Source: an uncultured Bacteroidales bacterium
Lineage (GTDB): Bacteria > Bacteroidota > Bacteroidia > Bacteroidales > UBA12077
Length of the DNA stretch: 64,000 bases
NCBI GenBank assembly: GCA_964587535.1
Contig: CAZPMA010000002.1
Span: 4,847-68,846 of the forward strand
Direction of reading: 5' to 3'
The position numbers were made by a program, and so were the translations under genes. Below the pieces are notes generated by a model, which did no database searches, was not told the origin of the DNA, and worked only from the letters and a program-made list of their open reading frames with translations. Below, in pieces: positions 39,011 through 48,754 of this stretch (the stretch's first letter is position 1; each line of letters starts with the position of its first letter).

Positions 39011-40075
39011 TTATTGATCTTGTTCTTTATCTGATATTTCGTAATGTTGCAATGGATCTTTGCTAATTTCATCATATTCTTTTCTATTTCGAAAAACATC
39101 ACAGGCTAAATAGATAGCATTTCTAAATGCAACTTCTGAAGCTTTTCCTAAACCAGCAATTTCAAAAGCTGTTCCATGGCCTGGAGATGTTCTAATAAAA
39201 TCCAATCCAGCAGTATAATTAACTCCTGCATCAAAAGCCAAAGCTTTAAATGGAACCAAACCCTGATCGTGATACATAGCAAGAACAGCATCAAATTTCT
39301 TAAAATTGTCACTTCCAAAAAACCCATCAGCTGGATAAGGTCCAAGAGCTAATATACCTTCATCATTAGCTTTATTTAATGCCGGTATAATCACATCTAT
39401 CTCTTCCTTTCCCAATAATCCATTATCTCCGGCATGAGGATTTAATCCTAAGACAGCAATTTTAGGTTTACGAACTCTGAAATCTTGTATTAAACTTTTA
39501 TTCATGATTCGAAGTTTTTGCATGATTGCATCTTCTGTAATTGCTTCAGAAACTTTATTTATAGGTAAATGTGTTGTAACTACTCCAACCTTTAAGTTTT
39601 CGCTAACCATTAACATCAATGAATCTTTCGAGCTTGATTCTTTGGTTAAGTATTCAGTATGGCCAGGGAAGTTAAACTTATCTGATTGTATGTTGTCCTT
39701 ATTAATAGGTGCTGTTACTAAAACATCTAATTTTCCTTCTTTTAAATCTTTCACTGCGTTTTCCAAAGAAATTAAAGAAGATTCGCCAGCAATGACCGTA
39801 GACTTACCTAGCTCAACTCTTACATTGTCGTCTAGGCAATTAATAATATTTGCTCTTTTAACATTCGCTTCTTCTGCTGATTTAATATTATTAAAACTAA
39901 AATTTGCAATATTTAATGCTTTACGATGATATGCCGCTACCTTTGCCGAACCATATACAACAGGAATACAAAAATCGAAAATTCTGGAATCCATTAATGA
40001 TTTAATAATAACTTCATAACTGATTCCATTAATATCTCCGTGTGAAATTCCTACTACTATTTTATCATGAATCAT
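39011..40075 (-). CDS. pdxA: 4-hydroxythreonine-4-phosphate dehydrogenase
   Basis: 354 aa. GDINGISYEV, FPGHTEYL, LNPHAGDNG, MYHDQGL, RTSPGHGTAFEIAG: the full PdxA motif set. Confidence 0.9.
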   Translation of the reverse strand: MIHDKIVVGISHGDINGISYEVIIKSLMDSRIFDFCIPVVYGSAKVAAYHRKALNIANFSFNNIKSAEEANVKRANIINCLDDNVRVELGKSTVIAGESSLISLENAVKDLKEGKLDVLVTAPINKDNIQSDKFNFPGHTEYLTKESSSKDSLMLMVSENLKVGVVTTHLPINKVSEAITEDAIMQKLRIMNKSLIQDFRVRKPKIAVLGLNPHAGDNGLLGKEEIDVIIPALNKANDEGILALGPYPADGFFGSDNFKKFDAVLAMYHDQGLVPFKALAFDAGVNYTAGLDFIRTSPGHGTAFEIAGLGKASEVAFRNAIYLACDVFRNRKEYDEISKDPLQHYEISDKEQDQ

Positions 40076-40156
40076 ATATTGTGATTTAATTTTAACAAAC
40101 TATTAATTATAAAACAAAATTAAGGATAATATTTCTAATAAAATATTTATTGCTTT

Positions 40157-41590
40157 TTACAATTGACTACTAAAAAAATCAAATAATAAACGAACAGGAA
40201 TACCTGTTGCCCCATTTCCTCTATAATTATCTGATTTTGTTAAGAATGCACATCCTGCAATATCTAAATGAATCCATGGAAAATCAACAAAATGTTCCAG
40301 AAATTTTGCTGCAGTTATTGCTCCGGCTTCTCTCCCCCCCAGATTTTTAATATCTGCTATTTCTGATTTCAACATTTCAGCATATTCATCCCAAATAGGA
40401 AACTCTACGATTCGCTCATAAACATTGTTGCCAGAAACCTTTAACTCTTCAAACTTATCATCTTTTACATTGGTCATTGCCACAATACCCTGATCAGCTA
40501 TTGCCATTTGAGCAGAACCTGTTAATGTTGCAATATCAATTACTAATTCCGGATCGTATTTTTTAGAAAAACTTAAGGCATCGGCTAAAATTAACCTGCC
40601 TTCAGCATCTGTATTTTTTATTTCTACGGTACTGCCACTATGCATTGTTATCACATCATCTGGAACATGTGCATTTCCATTTAACCTGTTGTCTGTAATG
40701 GGAATTAATCCAATTACATAAATTGGTAATTTTGCTTTTGACACAGCATCTAAAACACCAACAACAGATGCGCCACCTGCCATATCAGATTTCATTGTAT
40801 CCAGATAATTTCCTGTTTTGATATTCATCCCGCCAGTATCATATACAACTCCTTTACCAACCAAAACATAAGGTTTTTCATTTATTGCATTTTCTGGTTT
40901 CCAGGTTAGAATTGAAAAAACAGGAGGATCAATACTTCCTTTATTTACTGCAAGCAAACCACCCATCTTTAAAGATTCGATTTGCATTTTATTAAGATTT
41001 TCAACATCAAAACCTGCTTTTTCACCAGTTGAAGCAATCATCTTTGCAAATTTTTCAGTATTTAGATACGATACAGGCTCATTTACTAAATCTCTTGTAA
41101 GATAAACTGATTCCATTAAAATATTAAGTTCTGAAATTTGTTCATCTTCTAACTTATCTGATTTTACCAAGATATTTTTCAGGTAATTCTCTTTTTCATC
41201 TTTTTTTGAATAATATTTCAAAAACTGATAATGACTCAATCCTAAACCTGATGTAAAAGCAAGCGAAAGTTCTGCATCTTCTAATAAATCAATGATATAT
41301 ATTTCTTTATGCTTATTCCCTTTTAAAACAGGATATAAATCCCCGGCCGCTCTTCTTAATTTCTCTTTTATAATATGTTGTTCCTTATCCTCATCAATAA
41401 TTTGAATATAAGACCATTTAAAATATGAATTTACATGAATATTCTTCTTTTTATTTTCTGATTCCATTTTAACAAAAGAGTACTCAGCAGAAGAGAAAGA
41501 AAATTCTGTTAGTTGATCAACATTTTTAATAAGATAAATAATTGATGAATCAACCGGAATTTCTTTAGTTTTAAAAATATTTATATTCAT
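40157..41590 (-). CDS. pepA: Leucyl aminopeptidase (M17 family)
   Basis: 477 aa. VGKGVVYDTGG, MKSDMAGGA, NTDAEGRL, ATLTGS: the canonical M17 metal-binding and catalytic motifs. Confidence 0.9.
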   Translation of the reverse strand: MNINIFKTKEIPVDSSIIYLIKNVDQLTEFSFSSAEYSFVKMESENKKKNIHVNSYFKWSYIQIIDEDKEQHIIKEKLRRAAGDLYPVLKGNKHKEIYIIDLLEDAELSLAFTSGLGLSHYQFLKYYSKKDEKENYLKNILVKSDKLEDEQISELNILMESVYLTRDLVNEPVSYLNTEKFAKMIASTGEKAGFDVENLNKMQIESLKMGGLLAVNKGSIDPPVFSILTWKPENAINEKPYVLVGKGVVYDTGGMNIKTGNYLDTMKSDMAGGASVVGVLDAVSKAKLPIYVIGLIPITDNRLNGNAHVPDDVITMHSGSTVEIKNTDAEGRLILADALSFSKKYDPELVIDIATLTGSAQMAIADQGIVAMTNVKDDKFEELKVSGNNVYERIVEFPIWDEYAEMLKSEIADIKNLGGREAGAITAAKFLEHFVDFPWIHLDIAGCAFLTKSDNYRGNGATGIPVRLLFDFFSSQL

Positions 41591-41676
41591 GATAAACTTT
41601 TTTTATTGTGATTTGTAAAGTTAATAAAATTGATTCATGTTGTTATTTATTTATTTTTGTCATTAACATATAAAAA

Positions 41677-42780
41677 ATGATATTACACAAATTATATAAA
41701 AAAGCTTTAAACCTTGAATTCTTAACAACTGATGAAGGATTATTTTTATACGAAAATGCTCCCTTAGAAGAATTAGTATTTATAGGTAACGAATTACGAA
41801 AAAAGCAAAAGAAAGAAGATATTGTTACCTGGCAAATAGACAGAAATGTTAACATTACTAACGCTTGTATTTCACAATGCAAGTTTTGTAATTTCTATAA
41901 AAAACCAAGTGATGCCGGAGTTTATATTACATCAATCGAAGAATATAAAGAGAAAATTGAAGAGCTTATTCGCCTGGGTGGAAATCAATTATTATTACAA
42001 GGTGGTCTTCATCCGAAGCTAAAACTTGATTTTTATACAAATCTTTTTAGTAAGTTAAAATCAATCTATCCAAACATTAAACTACATGCCTTGGGACCAC
42101 CTGAAATTCATCATATTGCGCGATTGGATAAAAAATCATATAAAGAAGTCCTAGAAGCATTAACCAAATCAGGGTTAGATAGTTTACCAGGTGCAGGAGC
42201 AGAAATTCTATGCGACAGAGTAAGAAAAAGCATATCACCTGGAAAAGCAAACAAACAACAGTGGCTAGATGTAATGCGAGAAGCACATAAATTAGGTCTG
42301 GTTACTTCGGCAACGATGATGTTTGGGCATGTTGAAACAAAAAAGGAACGAATAGAACATTTAGCTGCTATTCGTGAAGTACAATCTGAAAAACCAGAAG
42401 GCGCACCTGGATTTTTAGCATTTATTCCATGGCCATTTATGGATGAAAATACGGCTCTTCAAAATGATTTTGGAATTTCGAACGAAACCAGATCCGAAGA
42501 ATATATAAGGACAATTGCCATTTCGAGAATCATGTTGCCAAATATAAAGAACATACAAGCTTCGTGGCTAACTGTTGGGAAAGATGTGGCTCAAATTTGC
42601 TTACATGCCGGAGCAAATGATTTTGGCTCAATAATGATTGAAGAGAATGTGGTTTCATCTGCCGGAGCAAACTATAAATTCGATGCAGAAGGTATACAAA
42701 ACGCAATTAGAGAAGCAGGATTTATTCCAAAACTTAGAAATCAGAAATATGAATTTATTGATTATCGACCGCTTGAATAA
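41677..42780 (+). CDS. Radical SAM enzyme of the CofH/MqnC/MqnE family (futalosine-pathway menaquinone biosynthesis)
   Basis: 367 aa. NITNACISQCKFCNFY (CxxxCxxC cluster), LLLQGGLHP, PGAGAEIL. I cannot distinguish MqnC from MqnE by eye. Confidence 0.7.
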   Translation: MILHKLYKKALNLEFLTTDEGLFLYENAPLEELVFIGNELRKKQKKEDIVTWQIDRNVNITNACISQCKFCNFYKKPSDAGVYITSIEEYKEKIEELIRLGGNQLLLQGGLHPKLKLDFYTNLFSKLKSIYPNIKLHALGPPEIHHIARLDKKSYKEVLEALTKSGLDSLPGAGAEILCDRVRKSISPGKANKQQWLDVMREAHKLGLVTSATMMFGHVETKKERIEHLAAIREVQSEKPEGAPGFLAFIPWPFMDENTALQNDFGISNETRSEEYIRTIAISRIMLPNIKNIQASWLTVGKDVAQICLHAGANDFGSIMIEENVVSSAGANYKFDAEGIQNAIREAGFIPKLRNQKYEFIDYRPLE

Positions 42781-43885
42781 CACGATATATAAATTCAGCC
42801 GTATCCCAACCTTCTTCACCCTCTTTCATATCCTCACCTAACCTCACTAAAATAAGATTATAAGAAGGTATGATAATTATATATTTCTGGAATAAGCCGG
42901 TGGCCATATACGTGTCTAAAGGCACTTGTGTTTCGATGTGTTCTTCATATCGATATGCTCTCCAGAATAAATAGCCATATTGCAAGGCATCTGGCAAAGC
43001 AGGTTTTCTGGTATCATCAACCCAGTATTCGGGAAGAACCTGATTTTGCTCCCAAAGTCCATTTTTCCAGTACAAATAACCAAGTTTAGCATAATCGCGC
43101 GTTTTAAGTTTTAATCCCCATGCAGCTATTGTATGTCCTTCAAAATCGTCATCCCACTCTACATCATTAATTCCTAAATAAGAAAACAATGTTTGTTTTG
43201 CATAGTTAGAAGTTAACATGCCGGTTGCATTTTCAATTATTCCACCTAATACTAATGGACAACCACTGCTATAATTCCATACCGTACCAGGAGTGTCAAC
43301 CATTGGCTTATTTAAGACATATTGCACATAATTCGTTGAAAACCTGATATTATACAAATCATTTGTGCCGGAAGACAACTCATTTTCTTCCCATTCAGAT
43401 CCGGCTGTCATTGTCAGTAAATGCTTTATTTCAATTTCTTTTTTAAGTGGATCAACTTCTTCTCCTTGCAATTCAGAAAAATAATCAACCATTTTATCTT
43501 CTACACCATTTAAATACCCTTGCTGAATAGCAATTCCGGTTAATGCAGCAGTAAAGCTTTTTGCCAACGAGTAACTATTTAACAAAGAATTTTTATCCTT
43601 GTTTCTAAAATAATCTTCAGCAACAACATATCCATCTTTTATGATCATAAAACTATATGTAACTCTTTCATCATCTGCACAATAATCGTATACTGCCTTT
43701 AATTTATTTGAATTCATCCCAACCTCTTCAGGACTGCACTCCCTCCATTTTTCGGTAGGAAAGTATTCACCTTCGTATTTTCCATCTTTTAAATAACCAG
43801 GTTTTACCGTTTCATCATCGGAGCACGAAAAAAGAAATAATAACCCAATGATTATTAATGTGATATGATGTAAGTTTTTTAACAT
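42755..43885 (-). CDS. Serine hydrolase of the beta-lactamase/PBP4* (class C-like) family, lipoprotein
   Basis: 376 aa. Lipobox (LFLFSC). SxxK motif in YSLAKSFTA, and YSSG later (YxN-like position). The 3' end overlaps the convergent Mqn gene by 26 nt. Confidence 0.7.
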   Translation of the reverse strand: MLKNLHHITLIIIGLLFLFSCSDDETVKPGYLKDGKYEGEYFPTEKWRECSPEEVGMNSNKLKAVYDYCADDERVTYSFMIIKDGYVVAEDYFRNKDKNSLLNSYSLAKSFTAALTGIAIQQGYLNGVEDKMVDYFSELQGEEVDPLKKEIEIKHLLTMTAGSEWEENELSSGTNDLYNIRFSTNYVQYVLNKPMVDTPGTVWNYSSGCPLVLGGIIENATGMLTSNYAKQTLFSYLGINDVEWDDDFEGHTIAAWGLKLKTRDYAKLGYLYWKNGLWEQNQVLPEYWVDDTRKPALPDALQYGYLFWRAYRYEEHIETQVPLDTYMATGLFQKYIIIIPSYNLILVRLGEDMKEGEEGWDTAEFIYRVIQAVDNQ

Positions 43886-44580
43886 AACTCAAATGGCAAC
43901 TCTTTTGTTATCTCAATCTTCTCAGGGCTTACTTTAACTTGAACCGGAATAATTTCCACACCCTGTTCGTAAGCCGATTTCAAAGTTTTTGAATATTCAG
44001 GGTCAATTTCTAAGGCAGAAGCAAAAATACTTACATCTGTTCTTTGAACAATGTACAGCATTACTGCACGCATTCCTTGTTGTTTCGCTTTTACAAGAGT
44101 TTCCAAATGCTTTTTACCACGGCTTGTAACTGCATCAGGAAATAATGCATATTCTCCTTCTTTATAAGTTACGTTTTTAACTTCAATGAAGCAGGTTTCT
44201 TTTTCATTTTTAGCCATTACATCAAAGCGGCTATCACCGAATTTTACTTCACGCTTAATTTCTGTATATCCTTTTAGTTTTTCGATATCTCCATTTTGAA
44301 CAGCTTCAAAAGCTAATTTATTTGGATTACCCGTATTGATTCCAACCCAATCATTATTAATTTTGATCATCTCCCAGGTAAATTTAGTTTTACGATTTGG
44401 GTCGTTTACTGGAGAAAGGTAAACTTCAGCATTATCTTCCAGGCAGCTTTTCATTGAACCAGAATTTGTACAATGAGCCGTAACAACATCACCATTATCT
44501 AGTTTTATATCTGCTAAAAAACGTTTATATCTTTTTATTAATCTTCCGTGAGTTAGTTGTTGATTAAATTTCATTTTCAA
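43879..44580 (-). CDS. sfsA: Sugar fermentation stimulation protein SfsA (nuclease-fold DNA-binding protein)
   Basis: 233 aa. GRLIKRYKRFLADI..., HCTNSGSM, RFD..., FIEVKNVT, FPDAVTSRGKKHL: the classic SfsA pattern. Confidence 0.85.
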   Translation of the reverse strand: MKMKFNQQLTHGRLIKRYKRFLADIKLDNGDVVTAHCTNSGSMKSCLEDNAEVYLSPVNDPNRKTKFTWEMIKINNDWVGINTGNPNKLAFEAVQNGDIEKLKGYTEIKREVKFGDSRFDVMAKNEKETCFIEVKNVTYKEGEYALFPDAVTSRGKKHLETLVKAKQQGMRAVMLYIVQRTDVSIFASALEIDPEYSKTLKSAYEQGVEIIPVQVKVSPEKIEITKELPFELC

Positions 44581-44660
44581 TAAATTATACCGACCAAATT
44601 ACAAAATTCATTTTATTAAAAACAGCATTTTTTGTATAATTGCACTCTCAAAAAAAAGAT

Positions 44661-44912
44661 ATGGATTGCAGAACTGCGTGTGGAGCTTGTTGTATTTACC
44701 CTTCTATTTCATCGCCCATACCGGGAATGCCAAATGGCAAGCCGGCAGGTGTCAGGTGTATTCAGCTAGCCAATGACTTAAGCTGTAAAATATTTAATTC
44801 CCCTGAAAGACCAAAAGTTTGTGCCGGTTTTAAACCGGAGAAAATTATTTGTGGTAGTTCTGCGCAAGAAGCATATAAAATAATAGCTGAGCTGGAGGGA
44901 ATTTCTATTTAA
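44661..44912 (+). CDS. YkgJ/UPF0153-family cysteine-cluster protein
   Basis: I prefer the ATG at 44661 (MDCRTACGACCIYPSISSPIPGMPNGKPAGVRCIQL...PERPKVCAGF) over the TTG at 44640. The CxxxCGACC signature matches the family. Confidence 0.7.
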   Translation: MDCRTACGACCIYPSISSPIPGMPNGKPAGVRCIQLANDLSCKIFNSPERPKVCAGFKPEKIICGSSAQEAYKIIAELEGISI

Positions 44913-44965
44913 AATCAAAAACTTTCTTACTCCAAATTTGTTAAAGATCATAAATAAATTTATTT

Positions 44966-45226
44966 ATGAATATTGACAAAAATACATTTGAAGGAATGAC
45001 TCTTGCCGATCAGGGAATGGTTCTTTTAACTGAAGGCAAGCATATAACTCAATTTATAAAAAAAGATCAACTTTTAAATTTATATTCTTTAAGTAATTTC
45101 TTTGTTGAAGTTCATTATTCTTTAAAAAGAAATCTGATCGATAAAATAGAAGTAGTTACAGATTTATCCAGAATTGATGTTTATATTGAGGAAAGTTTAA
45201 AAGAAGAAAGAGCAAATATGAATTAA
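44966..45226 (+). CDS. Hypothetical small protein
   Basis: 86-aa ORF in an otherwise empty gap, same strand as ykgJ. No recognisable motif. Confidence 0.4.
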   Translation: MNIDKNTFEGMTLADQGMVLLTEGKHITQFIKKDQLLNLYSLSNFFVEVHYSLKRNLIDKIEVVTDLSRIDVYIEESLKEERANMN

Positions 45227-45253
45227 CAATACCTTTTGTAAAATAAAAAAATA

Positions 45254-45374
45254 CTGTCCAAAAAGTAGTCATTTAGAGCAAAGCAAAGGAATCTAAAAGT
45301 TTTACTGTGTGATTATCAGATGAATTAGATTGCTTCATTTTATTACAATGACTATTTTAATTCTTTTTGAACAG
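45254..45374. repeat. Long imperfect inverted repeat (about 20 bp of pairing enclosing 73 nt) in a convergent intergenic region; probably a long-stem bidirectional terminator
   Basis: CTGTCCAAAAAG+TAGTCATT (45254-45273) pairs with AATGACTA (45347-45354) and CTTTTTGAACAG (45363-45374), with one mismatch and an 8-nt bulge. An A run lies before it (45241-45251) and CCCCTTTTT after it. There is an inner secondary stem GCA..ATCTAA / TTAGATTGC. Confidence 0.45.
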
Positions 45375-45400
45375 CCCCTTTTTCAATAATTATTATATCT

Positions 45401-46588
45401 CTACACTAGTTCTTTAACCAAATCTGCAGCTTCTTGAAGAGTAATAGCTGAATAAACTTTTAATCCGGAATCATCGATCAGTTTTTTTCCTTCTTCGGCA
45501 TTTGTTCCTTGCAAACGAACAATAACAGGAATATTAATTGAGCCTATGGCTTTGTATGCTTCAACCACACCTTGTGCAACTCTATCGCATCGCACAATCC
45601 CTCCAAATATATTAATAAGAATTGCTTTCACATTTTCATCTTGTAAAATAATTCTAAATCCGGCTTCAACAGTTTCTGCATTTGCAGTACCACCAACATC
45701 AAGGAAGTTTGCGGGATCGCCACCAGCTAACTTAATTATATCCATTGTTGCCATTGCTAAACCCGCTCCATTTACCATACATCCCACATTGCCATCTAAT
45801 TTTATAAAATTAAGATTGTATTTACCGGCTTCAATTTCCGTAGGATCTTCTTCTGATAAATCACGCATTTTTTCATAATTCTTATGGCGGAATAATGCAT
45901 TATCATCCAGATTTACCTTTGCATCAGCTGCAAAAATTCTATCATCAGAAGTTTTAAATACCGGGTTTATTTCAAATAAGGATGCATCACTTTTTTCATA
46001 AGCAGTATATAAAGCAATAACAAATTTAACCATTTCTTTAAATGCCTTACCTTCTAAGCCCAGGTTAAAAGCAAGCTTTCGAGCTTGATATGCTTGTATT
46101 CCAACTTTAGGATCAACTTCTTCTTTAAAAATCAAATGTGGAGTTTTCTCAGCAACCGTTTCAATATCCATTCCTCCTTCGGTTGAATACATAATAATAT
46201 TTCTTCCTGTTGCTCTGTTTAATAAAACACTCATATAAAACTCCTGAATCTCACTTTCGCCAGGATAATAAATACCCTGTTCAATTAATACTTTATGAAC
46301 AATCTTTCCTTCAGGGCCTGTTTGGTGAGTAACCAGATTCATTCCAAGAATATCATTGGCAAATTTTTCAACTTCTTCAAGTGATTTTGCTATTTTAACA
46401 CCGCCACCTTTTCCTCTACCACCGGCATGAATTTGAGCTTTTACAGCCCATGTATCCATATTTGTTTTTTCTTGTATATTTTTAGCAGCTTCAGTTGCAT
46501 TTTTTACATCGTCAATAACAATCCCTTCAGGAACAGCAACTCCAAATTCCTTAAGGATGCTCTTTGCTTGATATTCGTGGATATTCAT
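45401..46588 (-). CDS. sucC: Succinate--CoA ligase (ADP-forming) beta subunit
   Basis: 395 aa. MNIHEYQAK..., QIHAGGRGKGGGVK, CMVNGAGLAMATMD, NIFGGIVRCD. Canonical SucC. No sucD is adjacent. Confidence 0.92.
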   Translation of the reverse strand: MNIHEYQAKSILKEFGVAVPEGIVIDDVKNATEAAKNIQEKTNMDTWAVKAQIHAGGRGKGGGVKIAKSLEEVEKFANDILGMNLVTHQTGPEGKIVHKVLIEQGIYYPGESEIQEFYMSVLLNRATGRNIIMYSTEGGMDIETVAEKTPHLIFKEEVDPKVGIQAYQARKLAFNLGLEGKAFKEMVKFVIALYTAYEKSDASLFEINPVFKTSDDRIFAADAKVNLDDNALFRHKNYEKMRDLSEEDPTEIEAGKYNLNFIKLDGNVGCMVNGAGLAMATMDIIKLAGGDPANFLDVGGTANAETVEAGFRIILQDENVKAILINIFGGIVRCDRVAQGVVEAYKAIGSINIPVIVRLQGTNAEEGKKLIDDSGLKVYSAITLQEAADLVKELV

Positions 46589-46683
46589 AAAGTAATGTTT
46601 AATTTTAAGATTTTTGCACCTACGAAATTATTGATTTTTTATACATTTAACCAATTTTTAGAAAATAAATTAATTCGATTGGT

Positions 46684-47217
46684 ATGCGAAAATTAGCAAA
46701 CAGTGAGTTAAACAGATTAAATGTAAATGAATTTAAAAACTCTATTAAAACACCTCTTATTGTTATTTTAGATAATATAAGAAGTTTAAACAATATTGGA
46801 AGTGTTTTCAGGACGTCAGATGCTTTTTTAATCGAAAAAATATATTTATGCGGAATAACTGCCACACCTCCGAATAAAGATATTCATAAAACAGCACTTG
46901 GAGCTACAGAATCGGTTGATTGGGAATACTTCAAAGAAACTAAAGATGTTGTAGATTTGTTAAAGAAAGATAATTATAAGATAATTTCGATTGAGCAAGT
47001 CGAAGAAGCCATTATGTTGCAAGATTTTACACCAGATAAAGACTCTAAATATGCTGTAATATTTGGGAATGAAGTCAAAGGTGTTAAACAAGAAATTGTT
47101 GATCTAAGTGATCTGTGTATTGAAATTCCACAATATGGAACAAAACATTCTTTAAACATTTCGGTAAGTGCCGGTGTAATAATCTGGGATTTTTTTAATA
47201 AAACTCGATTCAAATAA
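46684..47217 (+). CDS. SpoU/TrmH-family RNA 2'-O-methyltransferase
   Basis: 177 aa. NIGSVFRTSDAF, VIFGNEVKGV, IPQYGTKHSLNISVSAGVIIW: SPOUT motifs 1-3. Confidence 0.8.
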   Translation: MRKLANSELNRLNVNEFKNSIKTPLIVILDNIRSLNNIGSVFRTSDAFLIEKIYLCGITATPPNKDIHKTALGATESVDWEYFKETKDVVDLLKKDNYKIISIEQVEEAIMLQDFTPDKDSKYAVIFGNEVKGVKQEIVDLSDLCIEIPQYGTKHSLNISVSAGVIIWDFFNKTRFK

Positions 47218-47245
47218 AAAAGTGGATACCTGGTATCCACTTTTC
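47216..47245. terminator. Bidirectional rho-independent terminator (trmH-like gene / nifU-like gene)
   Basis: Palindrome AAAGTGGATACC-T-GGTATCCACTTT (47219-47243), flanked by an A run and a T run. It begins at the stop codon of the + strand gene. Confidence 0.85.
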
Positions 47246-47271
47246 ATTATCACATTTCTTTTGCTTCTGCA

Positions 47272-47517
47272 TTAAGCAGAAACAACTTCTTTAATTTCAG
47301 GGATTTGTTTTCTAACAGCCTGTTCAACACCATTCTTTAAAGTTTGGATACTGTAAGGACATGAACCACATGCTCCTAAAAGCTGAACTTTTACTACCAT
47401 ATCATCAGTTAATTCAACAAACTCAATGTCGCCTCCATCGGCAACAAGATATGGTCGAATCATAGCTATTGTTTCATTAACTCTCTTTTCAAGATCTTGT
47501 CTTTTTGACTCTTCCAT
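47272..47517 (-). CDS. NifU C-terminal-domain (Nfu-type) Fe-S cluster scaffold/carrier
   Basis: 81 aa. IRPYLVADGGDIEFVEL... and GACGSCPYS (CxxC) are typical of Nfu/NifU-C proteins. Confidence 0.85.
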   Translation of the reverse strand: MEESKRQDLEKRVNETIAMIRPYLVADGGDIEFVELTDDMVVKVQLLGACGSCPYSIQTLKNGVEQAVRKQIPEIKEVVSA

Positions 47518-47536
47518 CTTTTAATTTATTTAATTA

Positions 47537-48655
47537 TTACTTTGTTTTAATTTCAACTCTCTTAGTTGGTTCTAAATTTTTATTTCTGTCTTCTACAGCT
47601 TTCATTACTGAACCAGCAAGTTCTTTAAATGCTTTTCCAACCATTGAGTCTTCAACTAAAGCAGCAGGATTTCCATAATCACCACCTTCGCGAATGCTTT
47701 GTACAATTGGAATTTGACCAAGTAATGAAATATTTTCTTTTTCTGCAAGGTTTTTACAACCATCTTTCCCAAAGATATAATATTTATTATCCGGAAGTTC
47801 TTCAGGTGTAAACCATGACATGTTTTCAATTAATCCTAAAACAGGAACATTAATGTGCTTTCCGGTAAACATTCTAATGCCTTTAAGAGCATCAGCTAAG
47901 GCTACATCTTGTGGTGTGCTTACTATCAAAGCCCCTGTTACAGAAGTTTCCTGTACTAATGTTAAATGGATATCACTTGTGCCAGGAGGCAAATCAACTA
48001 CCAAATAATCTATCTCACCCCACTCTGCCTGATGAATTAATTGTTTTAACGCACTTGTTGCCATTGCTCCTCTCCAAACCAATGCATCTTCCGGATTTAT
48101 AAAGAAACCGATAGATAAAACTTTTACTCCATAATTTTCAACCGGAGTAATCATATCTACACCATCTATCTTTTGAACAAATGGTCTTTGTCCTTCAACA
48201 TTAAACATTTTAGGAATAGATGGACCGTAAATATCAGCATCAACTAAACCAACTTTCGCACCTTGTTTTGCTAAAGCAATTGCTAAATTTGTTGCTACAG
48301 TAGACTTACCAACTCCACCTTTACCAGAAGCAACAGCTATTATATTCTTAACATCTTTAAGAGATTGTGTGTCTTGCTGAGATCCTTTTTCTGCTTTTTT
48401 CTCCGGAGTCTTAATCTTAATATTATTATTGAAATCAAGCTCTTTACCAAATTGATTTTCCAGCATTTGCATGCAAACTTTTGGCATTGAATTTATAAAA
48501 GGATCTGTTGGTTTTTTAAAACTTAATGTAAATCCGGCTTTACTTCCTTCAATCCAAACATCATCAACCATCCCCATAGAAACTATATCTTGAGCAGTTT
48601 CAGGATGTTTTACACTTCTTAATACATCAAGAATTTGCTTTTTAGAATATGACAT
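47537..48655 (-). CDS. apbC: Mrp/ApbC/NBP35-family Fe-S cluster carrier ATPase with N-terminal DUF59/MIP18 domain
   Basis: 372 aa. Deviant Walker A ASGKGGVGKST, DLPPGTSD and a CxxC-like region. Lies immediately upstream of the nifU-like gene. Confidence 0.85.
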   Translation of the reverse strand: MSYSKKQILDVLRSVKHPETAQDIVSMGMVDDVWIEGSKAGFTLSFKKPTDPFINSMPKVCMQMLENQFGKELDFNNNIKIKTPEKKAEKGSQQDTQSLKDVKNIIAVASGKGGVGKSTVATNLAIALAKQGAKVGLVDADIYGPSIPKMFNVEGQRPFVQKIDGVDMITPVENYGVKVLSIGFFINPEDALVWRGAMATSALKQLIHQAEWGEIDYLVVDLPPGTSDIHLTLVQETSVTGALIVSTPQDVALADALKGIRMFTGKHINVPVLGLIENMSWFTPEELPDNKYYIFGKDGCKNLAEKENISLLGQIPIVQSIREGGDYGNPAALVEDSMVGKAFKELAGSVMKAVEDRNKNLEPTKRVEIKTK

Positions 48656-48754
48656 GTTTATTTTTATTTAATTTAAATTAATGCAGCAAAGATATAAAAA
48701 TACTTCTAAATTTTTAGCTAAAAATTAATGTTTTACATACTATTAATATGATTA

